From positions 64,001 to 128,000 of the forward strand of contig OZ242010.1 in the NCBI GenBank assembly GCA_965204745.1: a stretch of 64,000 nucleotides of DNA, written 5' to 3'. Each line of letters starts with the position of its first letter. Position 1 is the stretch's first letter. The notes beneath the pieces are model-generated. The model made no database searches. It saw only the letters and a program-made list of their open reading frames with translations, and was not told where the DNA came from. The position numbers and the translations under genes were made by a program. Positions 30,486-39,106 of this stretch are shown here, one piece after another. This DNA comes from Candidatus Latescibacterota bacterium (GTDB taxonomy: Bacteria; Latescibacterota; UBA2968).

Positions 30486-30551
30486 TTCTATCTAAACTGC
30501 TGAGTTCGGTCGTACTGTGCTGATGTTCATTTTTTTCAACTGGAGGATTTT

Positions 30552-30830
30552 ATGGCTACTCTGACGTTTGATACCCATGCTTTTGTCAAAGAACTGACGC
30601 GGGCCGGGATGCCGGAAGAACAAGCCGAAGTGCTGGCGCGGTCTCAAGCGACGTTGATTGATGAAAAGCTGGCAACCAAACAGGACTTGAAGGAACTGGA
30701 ATTGCGGTTGAAACGCGATATACAGGAGATGGAATTGCGGCTGAAGCACGATATGACCGTACGTCTCGGCTCGATGATGGTGGTTGCTATCGGCGTGGTT
30801 GCCGCTTTGGTGAAACTTCTGTCAGGGTGA
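30552..30830 (+). CDS. DUF1640-like protein, copy 2 (92 aa)
   Basis: Same head and anchor, plus one 11-aa module. Confidence 0.85.
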   Translation: MATLTFDTHAFVKELTRAGMPEEQAEVLARSQATLIDEKLATKQDLKELELRLKRDIQEMELRLKHDMTVRLGSMMVVAIGVVAALVKLLSG

Positions 30831-30894
30831 TTCTATCTAAACTGCTGGGTTTGGTCGTATTGTGCTGATGTTCATTTCTCACCTGGAGGATTTT

Positions 30895-31227
30895 ATGGCT
30901 ACTCTGACGTTTGATACCCATGCTTTTGTCAAGGAACTGACGCAGGCCGGGATGCCGGAAGAACAGGCCGAGGTGCTGGCGCGGTCTCAAGCGACGTTGA
31001 TTGACGAAAAACTGGCGACGAAACAGGACTTGAAGGAACTGGAATTGCGGTTGAAACGCGATATACAGGAATTGAAGCGCGATATGAAAGAACTGGAGAC
31101 GCGATTGACCCGCGACATGCAGGAGATGGAATTGCGGCTGAAGCACGACTTGACCGTGCGACTCGGCTCGATGATGGTGGTTGCTATCGGCGTGGTTGCT
31201 GCTTTGGTGAAACTTCTGTCAGGGTGA
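30895..31227 (+). CDS. DUF1640-like protein, copy 3 (110 aa)
   Basis: Extra modules 7+11+11. Confidence 0.85.
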   Translation: MATLTFDTHAFVKELTQAGMPEEQAEVLARSQATLIDEKLATKQDLKELELRLKRDIQELKRDMKELETRLTRDMQEMELRLKHDLTVRLGSMMVVAIGVVAALVKLLSG

Positions 31228-31293
31228 TCCTATCTAAACTGCTGGGTTTGGTCGTATTGTGCTGATGTTCACTTTTCTCGACTGGAGGATTTT

Positions 31294-31692
31294 ATGGCTA
31301 CTCTGACGTTTGATACCCACGCCTTTGTCAAGGAACTGACGCAGGCCGGGATGCCGGAAGAACAAGCCGAAGTGCTGGCGCGATCTCAAGCGACGTTGAT
31401 TGACGAAAAGCTGGCGACGAAACAGGACTTGAAGGAACTGGAATTGCGGTTGAAACGCGATATACAGGAATTGAAACGTGATATGAAAGAACTGGAGACG
31501 CGATTGGTACGCGACATGCAGGAAATGGAAGCCAATCTCAAACGCGATATGAAAGAATTGGAAATGCGTTTGACCCGCGACATGCAAGAGATGGAATTGC
31601 GGTTGAAGCACGACTTGACCGTGCGTCTCGGCTCGATGATGGTGGTTGCTATCGGCGTGGTTGCCGCTTTGGTGAAACTTCTGTCAGGGTGA
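31294..31692 (+). CDS. DUF1640-like protein, copy 4 (132 aa)
   Basis: Extra modules 7+11+11+11+11. Confidence 0.85.
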   Translation: MATLTFDTHAFVKELTQAGMPEEQAEVLARSQATLIDEKLATKQDLKELELRLKRDIQELKRDMKELETRLVRDMQEMEANLKRDMKELEMRLTRDMQEMELRLKHDLTVRLGSMMVVAIGVVAALVKLLSG

Positions 31693-31756
31693 TCCTATCT
31701 AAACTGCTGAGTTTGGTCGTATTGTGCTGATGTTCATTTTTCGACTGGAGGATTTT

Positions 31757-32089
31757 ATGGCTACTCTGACGTTTGATACCCATGCCTTTGTCAAGGAACT
31801 GACGCAGGCCGGGATGCCGGAAGAACAAGCCGAGGTGCTGGCGCGATCTCAAGCGATGTTGATTGACGAAAAACTGGCGACGAAACAGGACTTGAAGGAA
31901 CTGGAATTGCGTCTGAAACGCGATATACAGGAATTGAAGCGCGATATGAAAGAATTGGAAATGCGATTGACACGCGACATGCAAGAAATGGAATTGCGGT
32001 TGAAGCACGACTTGACCGTGCGACTCGGCTCGATGATGGTCGTCGCGGTTGGCGTGATCGCTGCTTTGGTGAAACTTCTGTCAGGGTGA
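31757..32089 (+). CDS. DUF1640-like protein, copy 5 (110 aa)
   Basis: Extra modules 7+11+11. Confidence 0.85.
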   Translation: MATLTFDTHAFVKELTQAGMPEEQAEVLARSQAMLIDEKLATKQDLKELELRLKRDIQELKRDMKELEMRLTRDMQEMELRLKHDLTVRLGSMMVVAVGVIAALVKLLSG

Positions 32090-32155
32090 TCCTATCTAAA
32101 CTGCTGGGTTTGGTCGTATTGTGCTGATGTTCATTTTTCTCGACTGGAGGATTTT

Positions 32156-32488
32156 ATGGCTACCCTGACGTTTGATACCCACGCCTTTGTCAAGGAACTG
32201 ACGCAGGCCGGGATGCCGGAAGAACAAGCCGAAGTGCTGGCGCGATCTCAAGCGACATTGATTGACGAAAAACTGGCGACGAAACAGGACTTGAAGGAAC
32301 TGGAATTGCGTCTGAAACGCGATATGAAAGAACTGGAGATGCGTCTGAAGCGCGATATACAAGAATTGAAACGCGATATGCAAGAGATGGAATTGCGGTT
32401 GAAGCACGACTTGACCGTGCGACTCGGCTCGATGATGGTGGTTGCTATCGGCGTGATCGCTGCTTTGGTGAAACTTCTGTCAGGGTGA
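32156..32488 (+). CDS. DUF1640-like protein, copy 6 (110 aa)
   Basis: Extra modules 11+7+11. Confidence 0.85.
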   Translation: MATLTFDTHAFVKELTQAGMPEEQAEVLARSQATLIDEKLATKQDLKELELRLKRDMKELEMRLKRDIQELKRDMQEMELRLKHDLTVRLGSMMVVAIGVIAALVKLLSG

Positions 32489-32554
32489 TCCTATCTAAAC
32501 TGCTGGGTTTGGTCGTATTGTGCTGATGTTCACTTTTCTCGATTGGAGGATTTT

Positions 32555-32986
32555 ATGGCTACTCTGACGTTTGATACCCATGCCTTTGTCAAAGAACTGA
32601 CGCAGGCCGGGATGCCGGAAGAACAAGCCGAAGTGCTGGCGCGGTCTCAAGCGACGTTGATTGACGAAAAGCTGGCAACCAAACAGGACTTGAAGGAACT
32701 GGAATTGCGGCTGAAACGCGATATACAGGAATTGAAGCGCGATATGAAAGAACTGGAGACGCGATTGGTACGCGACATGCAGGAAATGGAAGCCAATCTC
32801 AAACGCGATATGAAAGAACAGGAAGCCAATCTCAAACGCGATATGAAAGAACTGGAGACGCGATTGGTACGCGACATGCAAGAGATGGAATTGCGATTGA
32901 AGCACGACTTGACCGTGCGACTCGGCTCGATGATGGTGGTTGCTATCGGCGTGGTTGCCGCTTTGGTGAAACTTCTGTCAGGGTGA
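32555..32986 (+). CDS. DUF1640-like protein, copy 7 (143 aa)
   Basis: Extra modules 7+5x11. Confidence 0.85.
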   Translation: MATLTFDTHAFVKELTQAGMPEEQAEVLARSQATLIDEKLATKQDLKELELRLKRDIQELKRDMKELETRLVRDMQEMEANLKRDMKEQEANLKRDMKELETRLVRDMQEMELRLKHDLTVRLGSMMVVAIGVVAALVKLLSG

Positions 32987-33052
32987 TCCTATCTAAACTG
33001 CTGGGTTTGGTCGTATTGTGCTGATGTTCACTTTTCTCGATTGGAGGATTTT

Positions 33053-33418
33053 ATGGCTACTCTGACGTTTGATACCCATGCCTTTGTCAAAGAACTGACG
33101 CAGGCCGGGATGCCGGAAGAACAAGCCGAAGTGCTGGCGCGGTCTCAAGCAACGTTGATTGACGAAAAGCTGGCAACCAAACAGGACTTGAAGGAACTGG
33201 AATTGCGTCTGAAACGCGATATGAAAGAACTGGAGATGCGTCTGAAGCGCGATATACAGGAATTGAAACGCGACATGCAGGAAATGGAAGCCAATCTCAA
33301 ACGCGACATGCAAGAGATGGAATTGCGGTTGAAGCACGATATGACCGTGCGTCTCGGCTCGATGATGGTGGTTGCTATCGGCGTGGTTGCCGCTTTGGTG
33401 AAACTTCTGTCAGGGTGA
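33053..33418 (+). CDS. DUF1640-like protein, copy 8 (121 aa)
   Basis: Extra modules 11+7+11+11. Confidence 0.85.
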   Translation: MATLTFDTHAFVKELTQAGMPEEQAEVLARSQATLIDEKLATKQDLKELELRLKRDMKELEMRLKRDIQELKRDMQEMEANLKRDMQEMELRLKHDMTVRLGSMMVVAIGVVAALVKLLSG

Positions 33419-33448
33419 TCAATGCCATACCCGCATTGAGTTTTGAAC

Positions 33449-33478
33449 AAAGCATCCCAATATCGGGATGCTTTTTTT
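33449..33478 (+). terminator. Intrinsic terminator closing the array
   Basis: AAAGCATCCC-AATATC-GGGATGCTTT followed by a T run. Confidence 0.8.
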
Positions 33479-33491
33479 GTTTGAAAAAGCG

Positions 33492-33520
33492 TTGACACGC
33501 CGGAAAGGCAATGCTACTAT
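33492..33520 (+). promoter_or_regulatory. Sigma70 promoter of the ABC operon
   Basis: TTGACA-N17-TACTAT with an extended -10 TG. Confidence 0.65.
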
Positions 33521-33566
33521 ACGCTTGATACGGGGCGCGGTGTATGCAACTGTTCGGAGCAGTTCT

Positions 33567-34970
33567 ATGAAATTTTGCAACATCATTTTTTGTTTTCTGC
33601 TTATCGGATCGCTGAGTTTTCCCTGTGATGCGGATCAGTTGGTGCTGATGTCGCCGCATTCCGATGAGATCCAAAACGAGTTTGAATCGGCGTTTGCCGC
33701 CTTTTATCAAAAAGCCACCGGGCGCGATGTGCAAGTCGAATGGCTCGATATCGGCGGGGGCACGAGCTCGATTTTGCGCTATATCAAATCGGAGTTCGGG
33801 CGGTCAGCCGAGGGCATTGGCATCGACATTTTCTTCGGCGGAGGCATCGATCCTTTTGTCGATTTGGCCGAGCGCGGATTGTGTCACCCCTATCGGTTGC
33901 CCGCTGCCGCGCTCCAGCGGTTGCCCGCCCAAATCGGCGGGGTTCCGCTCTACGATTCGGCCTATAAATGGTATGGCGCGACCCTGTCTGGATTTGGCAT
34001 TGTGTACAACCGGCGCGTGCTCGAAATTTTGAATTTGCCCGTCCCGCAAACATGGGCAGACTTGGGCGCGCCGGAATTGTTTTCGTGGGTCGGTTCGGGC
34101 GATCCCCGCAAAAGCGGTAGCGTTCACATGGCTTATGAGTTGATTTTGCAAGCGTATGGCTGGGAAAAGGGCTGGGAGGTGATGACCGCGCTGGGGGCGA
34201 ATGTGCGAAATTTTGGACAGGGCGGCTCTTACGCGCCCAAGGAAGTGGCGGTGGGCGAAGTCGCTTACGGCCTGTCCATTGATTTTTACGCATGGGCGCA
34301 AGTCGAAGAAGTGGGCGATGAATACATCGGCTTTGTGATGCCGGACAATTTGACCATTGTCAATCCCGATGGCATTGCCATCTTAAAGGGCGCGCCCAAT
34401 TTGGAAGTGGCGCAAGCGTTTTTGGAATTTGTCATGTCCGATGCCGGGCAAAAGCTCTGGTTTTTGAAAAAGGGCTCCCCGGGCGGTCCCGTCCATAAAC
34501 AACTCAATCGCTTTACCGTATTGCCCGATCTGTACACGCGCTATCGGGACGAGGCCGCCGTAACGCTCAATCCCTTTGAATGGCATTCCGACTTGATATA
34601 CGACGCGGAACGGGGCAGCGGAAGGTGGCGCGTATTAAACGATCTGATCGGCGTGATGATCATCGACTCGCACCGGGCATTGCAAGCCGCGTGGAAAGAA
34701 GCGATGAAAGATGGCGTATCGGCAGAAGAACGCAGGGCACTGGCCGCGGTCCCGGTATCAGAAGGCGAAGCCCTAATATTGGCGCAGACATGGGGCGACG
34801 CCGAAGTACGCAATCGCACGATAGCCGCGTGGACGGACTTTGCCCGCGACAAATACGGCACGCATGACGCCCCCTTGCTCGCCCGCCTCATCAACGCGAT
34901 AACCCTGATTTTTCCCCTGGGAATCGCCGCGTGTGTGATGGCCTATTTGTGGCGTTTGCAAGTGCGATGA
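33567..34970 (+). CDS. ABC transporter substrate-binding protein (Fe3+/thiamine-like) with a C-terminal TM helix
   Basis: Signal peptide, DIFFGGG, GIVYN, DPRKSGS, PDGIAILKGA; first gene of the ABC operon. Confidence 0.85.
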   Translation: MKFCNIIFCFLLIGSLSFPCDADQLVLMSPHSDEIQNEFESAFAAFYQKATGRDVQVEWLDIGGGTSSILRYIKSEFGRSAEGIGIDIFFGGGIDPFVDLAERGLCHPYRLPAAALQRLPAQIGGVPLYDSAYKWYGATLSGFGIVYNRRVLEILNLPVPQTWADLGAPELFSWVGSGDPRKSGSVHMAYELILQAYGWEKGWEVMTALGANVRNFGQGGSYAPKEVAVGEVAYGLSIDFYAWAQVEEVGDEYIGFVMPDNLTIVNPDGIAILKGAPNLEVAQAFLEFVMSDAGQKLWFLKKGSPGGPVHKQLNRFTVLPDLYTRYRDEAAVTLNPFEWHSDLIYDAERGSGRWRVLNDLIGVMIIDSHRALQAAWKEAMKDGVSAEERRALAAVPVSEGEALILAQTWGDAEVRNRTIAAWTDFARDKYGTHDAPLLARLINAITLIFPLGIAACVMAYLWRLQVR

Positions 34971-34994
34971 AAACGACTTTTCAAAGAGCAAACC

Positions 34995-36080
34995 ATGTTT
35001 GGGATCGAACTAAAAAATGTGACGCGGCGGTTTGACGATGTTCTGGCATTGGATCGCGTCGACCTAAAGATCGACGCGGGGGAGTTCTTTGTTTTGTTGG
35101 GCCCCTCTGGGTGCGGCAAGACCACCCTGTTACGCATTTTGGCCGGGTTTGATCAGCCCGAAACCGGCCGGGTGGTTTTCGGCGACCGCGATGTGACCGC
35201 AGTGCCCCCGCACGAGCGCGACACGGGTATGGTATTTCAAAACTACGCGCTGTGGCCGCACATGACGGTTTGGAAAAATGTGGAATACGGCCTCACCATG
35301 CGGAACATGGCGCGACACGAGCGCGACCAAAAAGTGAAACGCGCCCTGGAAATGGTGCAGATGAGCAGCTATGCGGAGCGGTCGCCCAATCAGCTTTCGG
35401 GCGGGCAACAACAGCGCGTGGCACTCGCACGGGCGCTGGTCATCGAACCGGGGGTCGTGCTCTTGGACGAGCCTTTGTCCAACTTGGATGCGCGCTTGCG
35501 ATTGGAGATGCGCGAGCAGTTGCAGGACTTGCAACGCGCTTTGGGCGTGACGATGATCTACGTGACACACGATCAAAAAGAAGCCCTGGCAATGGGGGAT
35601 CGCATTGCGGTGATGCAAATGGCCGAGGTGGCGCAAGTCGGCACGCCGCGGTCAATTTACATGCGACCGGCCACGCGCTTTGTCGCGGATTTCATCGGCG
35701 AGATCAATTTGATTTCCGGCGAGATAACAGCCGTGGATCCCGAGGTGGTCGCAACAGATGTGGGAGACATTCGCGGGCGGGCGGGATACGAGAACGCGCA
35801 GGTGGGGGATCGCGTCCTGTGTGCGGTTCGTCCCGAAGCAGTGGATTTTCTGTCGGGTGAACCCGATGCGACGGACAATGTCATCTCCGGGCGCGTGCGG
35901 CGGGCCATTTATTTGGGCGAGGTCGAGCAATTTTTTGTCGAATTGGCAACGGGCGATCAGATCAAACTGATGAAATACGGCGCGACCACCCGGCGCGGGC
36001 AACCCGGCGATGCGGTGCGATTGCGGTTTTCGCAACAGCGGGTCATCGCGTTGCGCGATGCCGAGGAGGATCGCCGATGA
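34995..36080 (+). CDS. ABC transporter ATP-binding protein (FbpC/PotA-like, TOBE domain)
   Basis: GPSGCGKT, LSGGQQQR, LLDEPLSNLD, YVTHDQ. Confidence 0.95.
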   Translation: MFGIELKNVTRRFDDVLALDRVDLKIDAGEFFVLLGPSGCGKTTLLRILAGFDQPETGRVVFGDRDVTAVPPHERDTGMVFQNYALWPHMTVWKNVEYGLTMRNMARHERDQKVKRALEMVQMSSYAERSPNQLSGGQQQRVALARALVIEPGVVLLDEPLSNLDARLRLEMREQLQDLQRALGVTMIYVTHDQKEALAMGDRIAVMQMAEVAQVGTPRSIYMRPATRFVADFIGEINLISGEITAVDPEVVATDVGDIRGRAGYENAQVGDRVLCAVRPEAVDFLSGEPDATDNVISGRVRRAIYLGEVEQFFVELATGDQIKLMKYGATTRRGQPGDAVRLRFSQQRVIALRDAEEDRR

Positions 36081-37762
36081 AGCGGTTCGATCTCACTTGG
36101 CCCACCCTCATTTTTCTGCTGGGCCTGATCGCGTTTTTTGCCCTGTTCTTGTTTTATCCCCTGTGGTATGCCATTGTGCAATCGCTGGTGGTCGATGGCA
36201 GGCTCACGGTTGCGTTTTACGAATTGATGGTCACGAGTCCGGTTTATCAGGAGGCCATTCTCAATAGTTTTCGCTTGGGCATGATCACGACCATTGCGAC
36301 CACCTTGCTCAGCTTGCCCCTGGCGTTTTTGCTGGTGCGATACGACTTTGTCGGCAAGGGATTTGTCAGTGGCCTCATCTTGGTGCCGATGGTCTTGCCC
36401 CCATTTGTCGGGGCCATCGGCATGAAGCAGATGTTTGCGCGGTTTGGGTCGATCAATTTGCTGCTTTTGGATTTGGGCCTCATCGATCAACCCATAGATT
36501 GGTTCGGCGGTGGCGGGTTTGTGGGCGTGGTGATTTTGGAAGTCCTGCATCTCTATCCCATTATGTATCTCAATGTGGCCGCTGCATTGGCCAATGTCGA
36601 TCCGAGTTTGGAAGACGCGGCGCGCAACATGGGTAGTAGCGGGTTTCGCCTGTTTCGCACTGTGACCTTTCCGCTGATGTTGCCGGGCTATTTTGCCGGG
36701 GCCATCATCGTTTTTATTTGGGCGTTCACCGACTTGGGCACGCCGCTCATTTTCAATTACCGGCAAGTGGTGGCGGTCGAGATTTTCAATTCCATCGAAG
36801 ATATCAACGAAAATCCCATGGCGTACGCGCTCGTGGTCTTCGTGTTGTTGCTGACGGTCTTTTTCTTCTATCTGTCCAAAGCCACTTTGGGCAATCGCCG
36901 CTACGAGATGATCGCGCGCGGGTATAGTAGTTCCGGGTCGAGGCGTGCGTCTCGGGGGATGACCGCGTTGATCTACGCCGCGATGCTGTCCCTGACCGGC
37001 CTTGCGATGATCCCGCATGCGAGCGTGTTTTTGACGTCTGTTGCCGAGCGGTGGTTTATGACCGTGCTGCCCCAAGAAACGACTGGGCGATTTTACGCCA
37101 TGGTATTTGAACACCCGATGTCCCTGTCGAGCATCGAGATGAGCCTGATGTTGAGCGTGTTGAGCACGGCGTTGGATATCGGGCTGGGCATTGGCATCGC
37201 CTATTTGCTCACGCGCACCCGCATCCCGTACAAAGGGGTTTTGGATGCGATGGCGATGTTGCCCTTGGCCCTGCCCGGGCTGGTGCTGGCGTTCGGGTAT
37301 CTGGCCGGGTATTCGGGCACGTTTTTGGATGCGCGGCATTATCCCGTCCCACTGCTGGTCATCGCCTACGCGGTGCGGCGGTTGCCCTATATGGTGCGCG
37401 CGGCGTACGCGGGATTTCAGCAGACGAGCATCACGCTGGAAGAAGCCGCGCGAAATTTGGGCGCGTCCCGGCTCCGCACCCTGTTTCAAATTACGTTCCC
37501 GCTGATTTTAGCCAATCTGGTGGCCGGCGGCATTTTGTGTTTTGCCTTTGCCATGCTCGAAGTGAGCGACAGTTTGATTTTGGCCCTCAAAGACGAGTAC
37601 TACCCGATTACCAAAGCGATTTACGCGCTGATGGGCCGCATTGCAGATGGCGCGTTTTTAGCCAGCGCGATGGGCGTTTTCGGCATGGTGTTGTTGATCG
37701 TGGGCTTGTTCTTGGCCGGGCGATTCCTGGGCCGGCGCATGGGCGAATTGTTCCGCGCGTGA
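36077..37762 (+). CDS. ABC transporter permease (FbpB-like, duplicated)
   Basis: Two EAA loops (LEDAARNMG, LEEAARNLGA); ATGA overlap with the ATPase. Confidence 0.92.
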   Translation: MKRFDLTWPTLIFLLGLIAFFALFLFYPLWYAIVQSLVVDGRLTVAFYELMVTSPVYQEAILNSFRLGMITTIATTLLSLPLAFLLVRYDFVGKGFVSGLILVPMVLPPFVGAIGMKQMFARFGSINLLLLDLGLIDQPIDWFGGGGFVGVVILEVLHLYPIMYLNVAAALANVDPSLEDAARNMGSSGFRLFRTVTFPLMLPGYFAGAIIVFIWAFTDLGTPLIFNYRQVVAVEIFNSIEDINENPMAYALVVFVLLLTVFFFYLSKATLGNRRYEMIARGYSSSGSRRASRGMTALIYAAMLSLTGLAMIPHASVFLTSVAERWFMTVLPQETTGRFYAMVFEHPMSLSSIEMSLMLSVLSTALDIGLGIGIAYLLTRTRIPYKGVLDAMAMLPLALPGLVLAFGYLAGYSGTFLDARHYPVPLLVIAYAVRRLPYMVRAAYAGFQQTSITLEEAARNLGASRLRTLFQITFPLILANLVAGGILCFAFAMLEVSDSLILALKDEYYPITKAIYALMGRIADGAFLASAMGVFGMVLLIVGLFLAGRFLGRRMGELFRA

Positions 37763-37797
37763 AAAGGGCGGATGAACGCGGATGAAAGGCGAGAGAC

Positions 37798-37921
37798 AAG
37801 TGGTTAGTGGTCAGTGGTCAGTGGTCAGTGGTCAGTAGTCAGTGGTCAGTAGTCAGTGGTCAGTAGTCAGTGGTCAGTAGTCAGTGGTCAGTAGTCAGTA
37901 GTCAGTGGTCAGTAGTCAGTC
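37798..37921 (-). repeat. Long ACTGAC(C/T) heptamer array (about 17 units)
   Basis: AGTGGTC/AGTAGTC units on the plus strand. Confidence 0.95.
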
Positions 37922-38050
37922 CCCGCCGCACCCCAAAAGGCAACAGACGCAAGATGGAAGGCATCCGCCTGTCGTCACGCTAGCACGAGCACAGGCGTAG
38001 CCAACTCCGGAGTCCAGTGACTTTTTTGTTCCATTTTTGAGACAAAAAAC

Positions 38051-38081
38051 AAAAAGCCGCCACGTAATGTGACGGCTTTTT
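38051..38081. terminator. Bidirectional terminator-like hairpin
   Basis: AAAAAGCCG-CCAC...GTGA-CGGCTTTTT between convergent genes. Confidence 0.7.
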
Positions 38082-38098
38082 CATTGTCTGCTCCATCT

Positions 38099-38374
38099 CT
38101 ATTTGGAATGTGACTTCTCCCAGATGGGTTTCATTTTTTCGATGACCTCAGCATCGGTCGGGCTGGACGCGACAATGGCTGTAAATTCTTCGGCTTCAAT
38201 TCCGAGTTCCTCCAGGAATTTTCTGTCGGCCGGGCACGGATAGACATAGTCGCCGATGCAACCCCGCAACTTGGCGCGGGCCTTATCCGTGATGCGCGGA
38301 AGCCAGGGCATGTCGCCCATGTAAAGCTGGCGGCTGCGCGGTCTAAAATCGACAGCAGAACTGAGTTTGTCCAT
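38099..38374 (-). CDS. Small DUF5069-like protein
   Basis: PRS...WLPRITDKARA...GDY.YPCPAD..FL pattern; GAGGAGG RBS. Confidence 0.6.
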   Translation of the reverse strand: MDKLSSAVDFRPRSRQLYMGDMPWLPRITDKARAKLRGCIGDYVYPCPADRKFLEELGIEAEEFTAIVASSPTDAEVIEKMKPIWEKSHSK

Positions 38375-38405
38375 TGCTCATTCCTCCTCTCTCGTGGTGT
38401 GGGAT

Positions 38406-39023
38406 TCAACGGGTACCAGAACTTAGCGATTTTGCCGGCGAATGGCAAGTTAGAAAGCTGTACGTGCTCAACATGGTATCGCCGTATTTTTTTTGACGGG
38501 AAAGGGTGAGGTTTGGGAAGGATTCGGGAAGGGGTGTTCGAGCGGCGTGTTGGATGAGGATGCGCGCATTGGGCGCGAGGATGGGGGTTGTTGCGACTCG
38601 GCCGAGCACGGCGCGAGCCATGGGCTGACCGTCTAATTGTGCATGGTACGGAGGATCGAGGTAGAGGATGTCAAAGCGGGACTGCGACCGGGCGAGTTGG
38701 GGCAAAAGGGCTTGGGCAGAACGCGCGAAAAGCGCGACGCGGTCGCCTAAGTGCCACTGGTCGATAAGTTGCGCGATGAAGCGGTTGCAACGGCGATTCG
38801 GTTCATTGATGACCACCCGCGCGCCGCGGCTACAGGCTTCGAGGCCGATTTGCCCGGAGCAAGCAAAGAGGTCGAGGAAATAGTTGCCAGACAGGGTTTC
38901 GCCAAGCGAAGAGAACGCGGCTTTTTTGACAACCTCAGAAGTGACGCGGGCATTGCCGTACTTCTCATTGCGAAAGGCCATGCGGCGGCCCTTAAGTTCG
39001 CCGGCGATGATACGCATAACCAT
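38406..39023 (-). CDS. rsmD: RsmD-family rRNA methyltransferase
   Basis: MRIIAGELKGR, LDLFACSG, YLDPPY, KKYGDT. Confidence 0.85.
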   Translation of the reverse strand: MVMRIIAGELKGRRMAFRNEKYGNARVTSEVVKKAAFSSLGETLSGNYFLDLFACSGQIGLEACSRGARVVINEPNRRCNRFIAQLIDQWHLGDRVALFARSAQALLPQLARSQSRFDILYLDPPYHAQLDGQPMARAVLGRVATTPILAPNARILIQHAARTPLPESFPNLTLSRQKKYGDTMLSTYSFLTCHSPAKSLSSGTR

Positions 39024-39106
39024 CCCTCAAGTACAAAGAACAGGGCCTGCGATGCGACAGGCCCTAAACGCCTTAGAGTGCAACACCACCCCAAGCCCCT
39101 GCCTTT

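Larger units (their letters stand above)
30240..33418 (+). repeat. Tandem gene array: 8 genes and 7 conserved 64-66 bp spacers
   Basis: Spacer TYCTATCTAAACTGCTGRGTTYGGTCGTAYTGTGCTGATGTTCA...TGGAGGATTTT at 30486, 30831, 31228, 31693, 32090, 32489, 32987. Confidence 0.97.

Noticed and set aside
30486-33052. Array read as a CRISPR (conserved repeat with variable spacers)
   Set aside because: The sequences between the repeats are 246-432 bp homologous ORFs, not unique 30-40 bp spacers, and there are no cas genes
30240-33418. Array read as an integron cassette array or a DGR
   Set aside because: No integrase or reverse transcriptase in the window, the spacer lacks a convincing RYYYAAC...GTTRRRY attC structure, and variation is by module number rather than adenine-specific substitution
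30492-33734. Repeated minus-strand ORFs (MLQPQFHLL...)
   Set aside because: Antisense shadows of the coiled-coil genes, with no RBS and no independent signal
37798-37921. Heptamer array as a CRISPR or a coding repeat
   Set aside because: 7-bp period with no spacers, and intergenic
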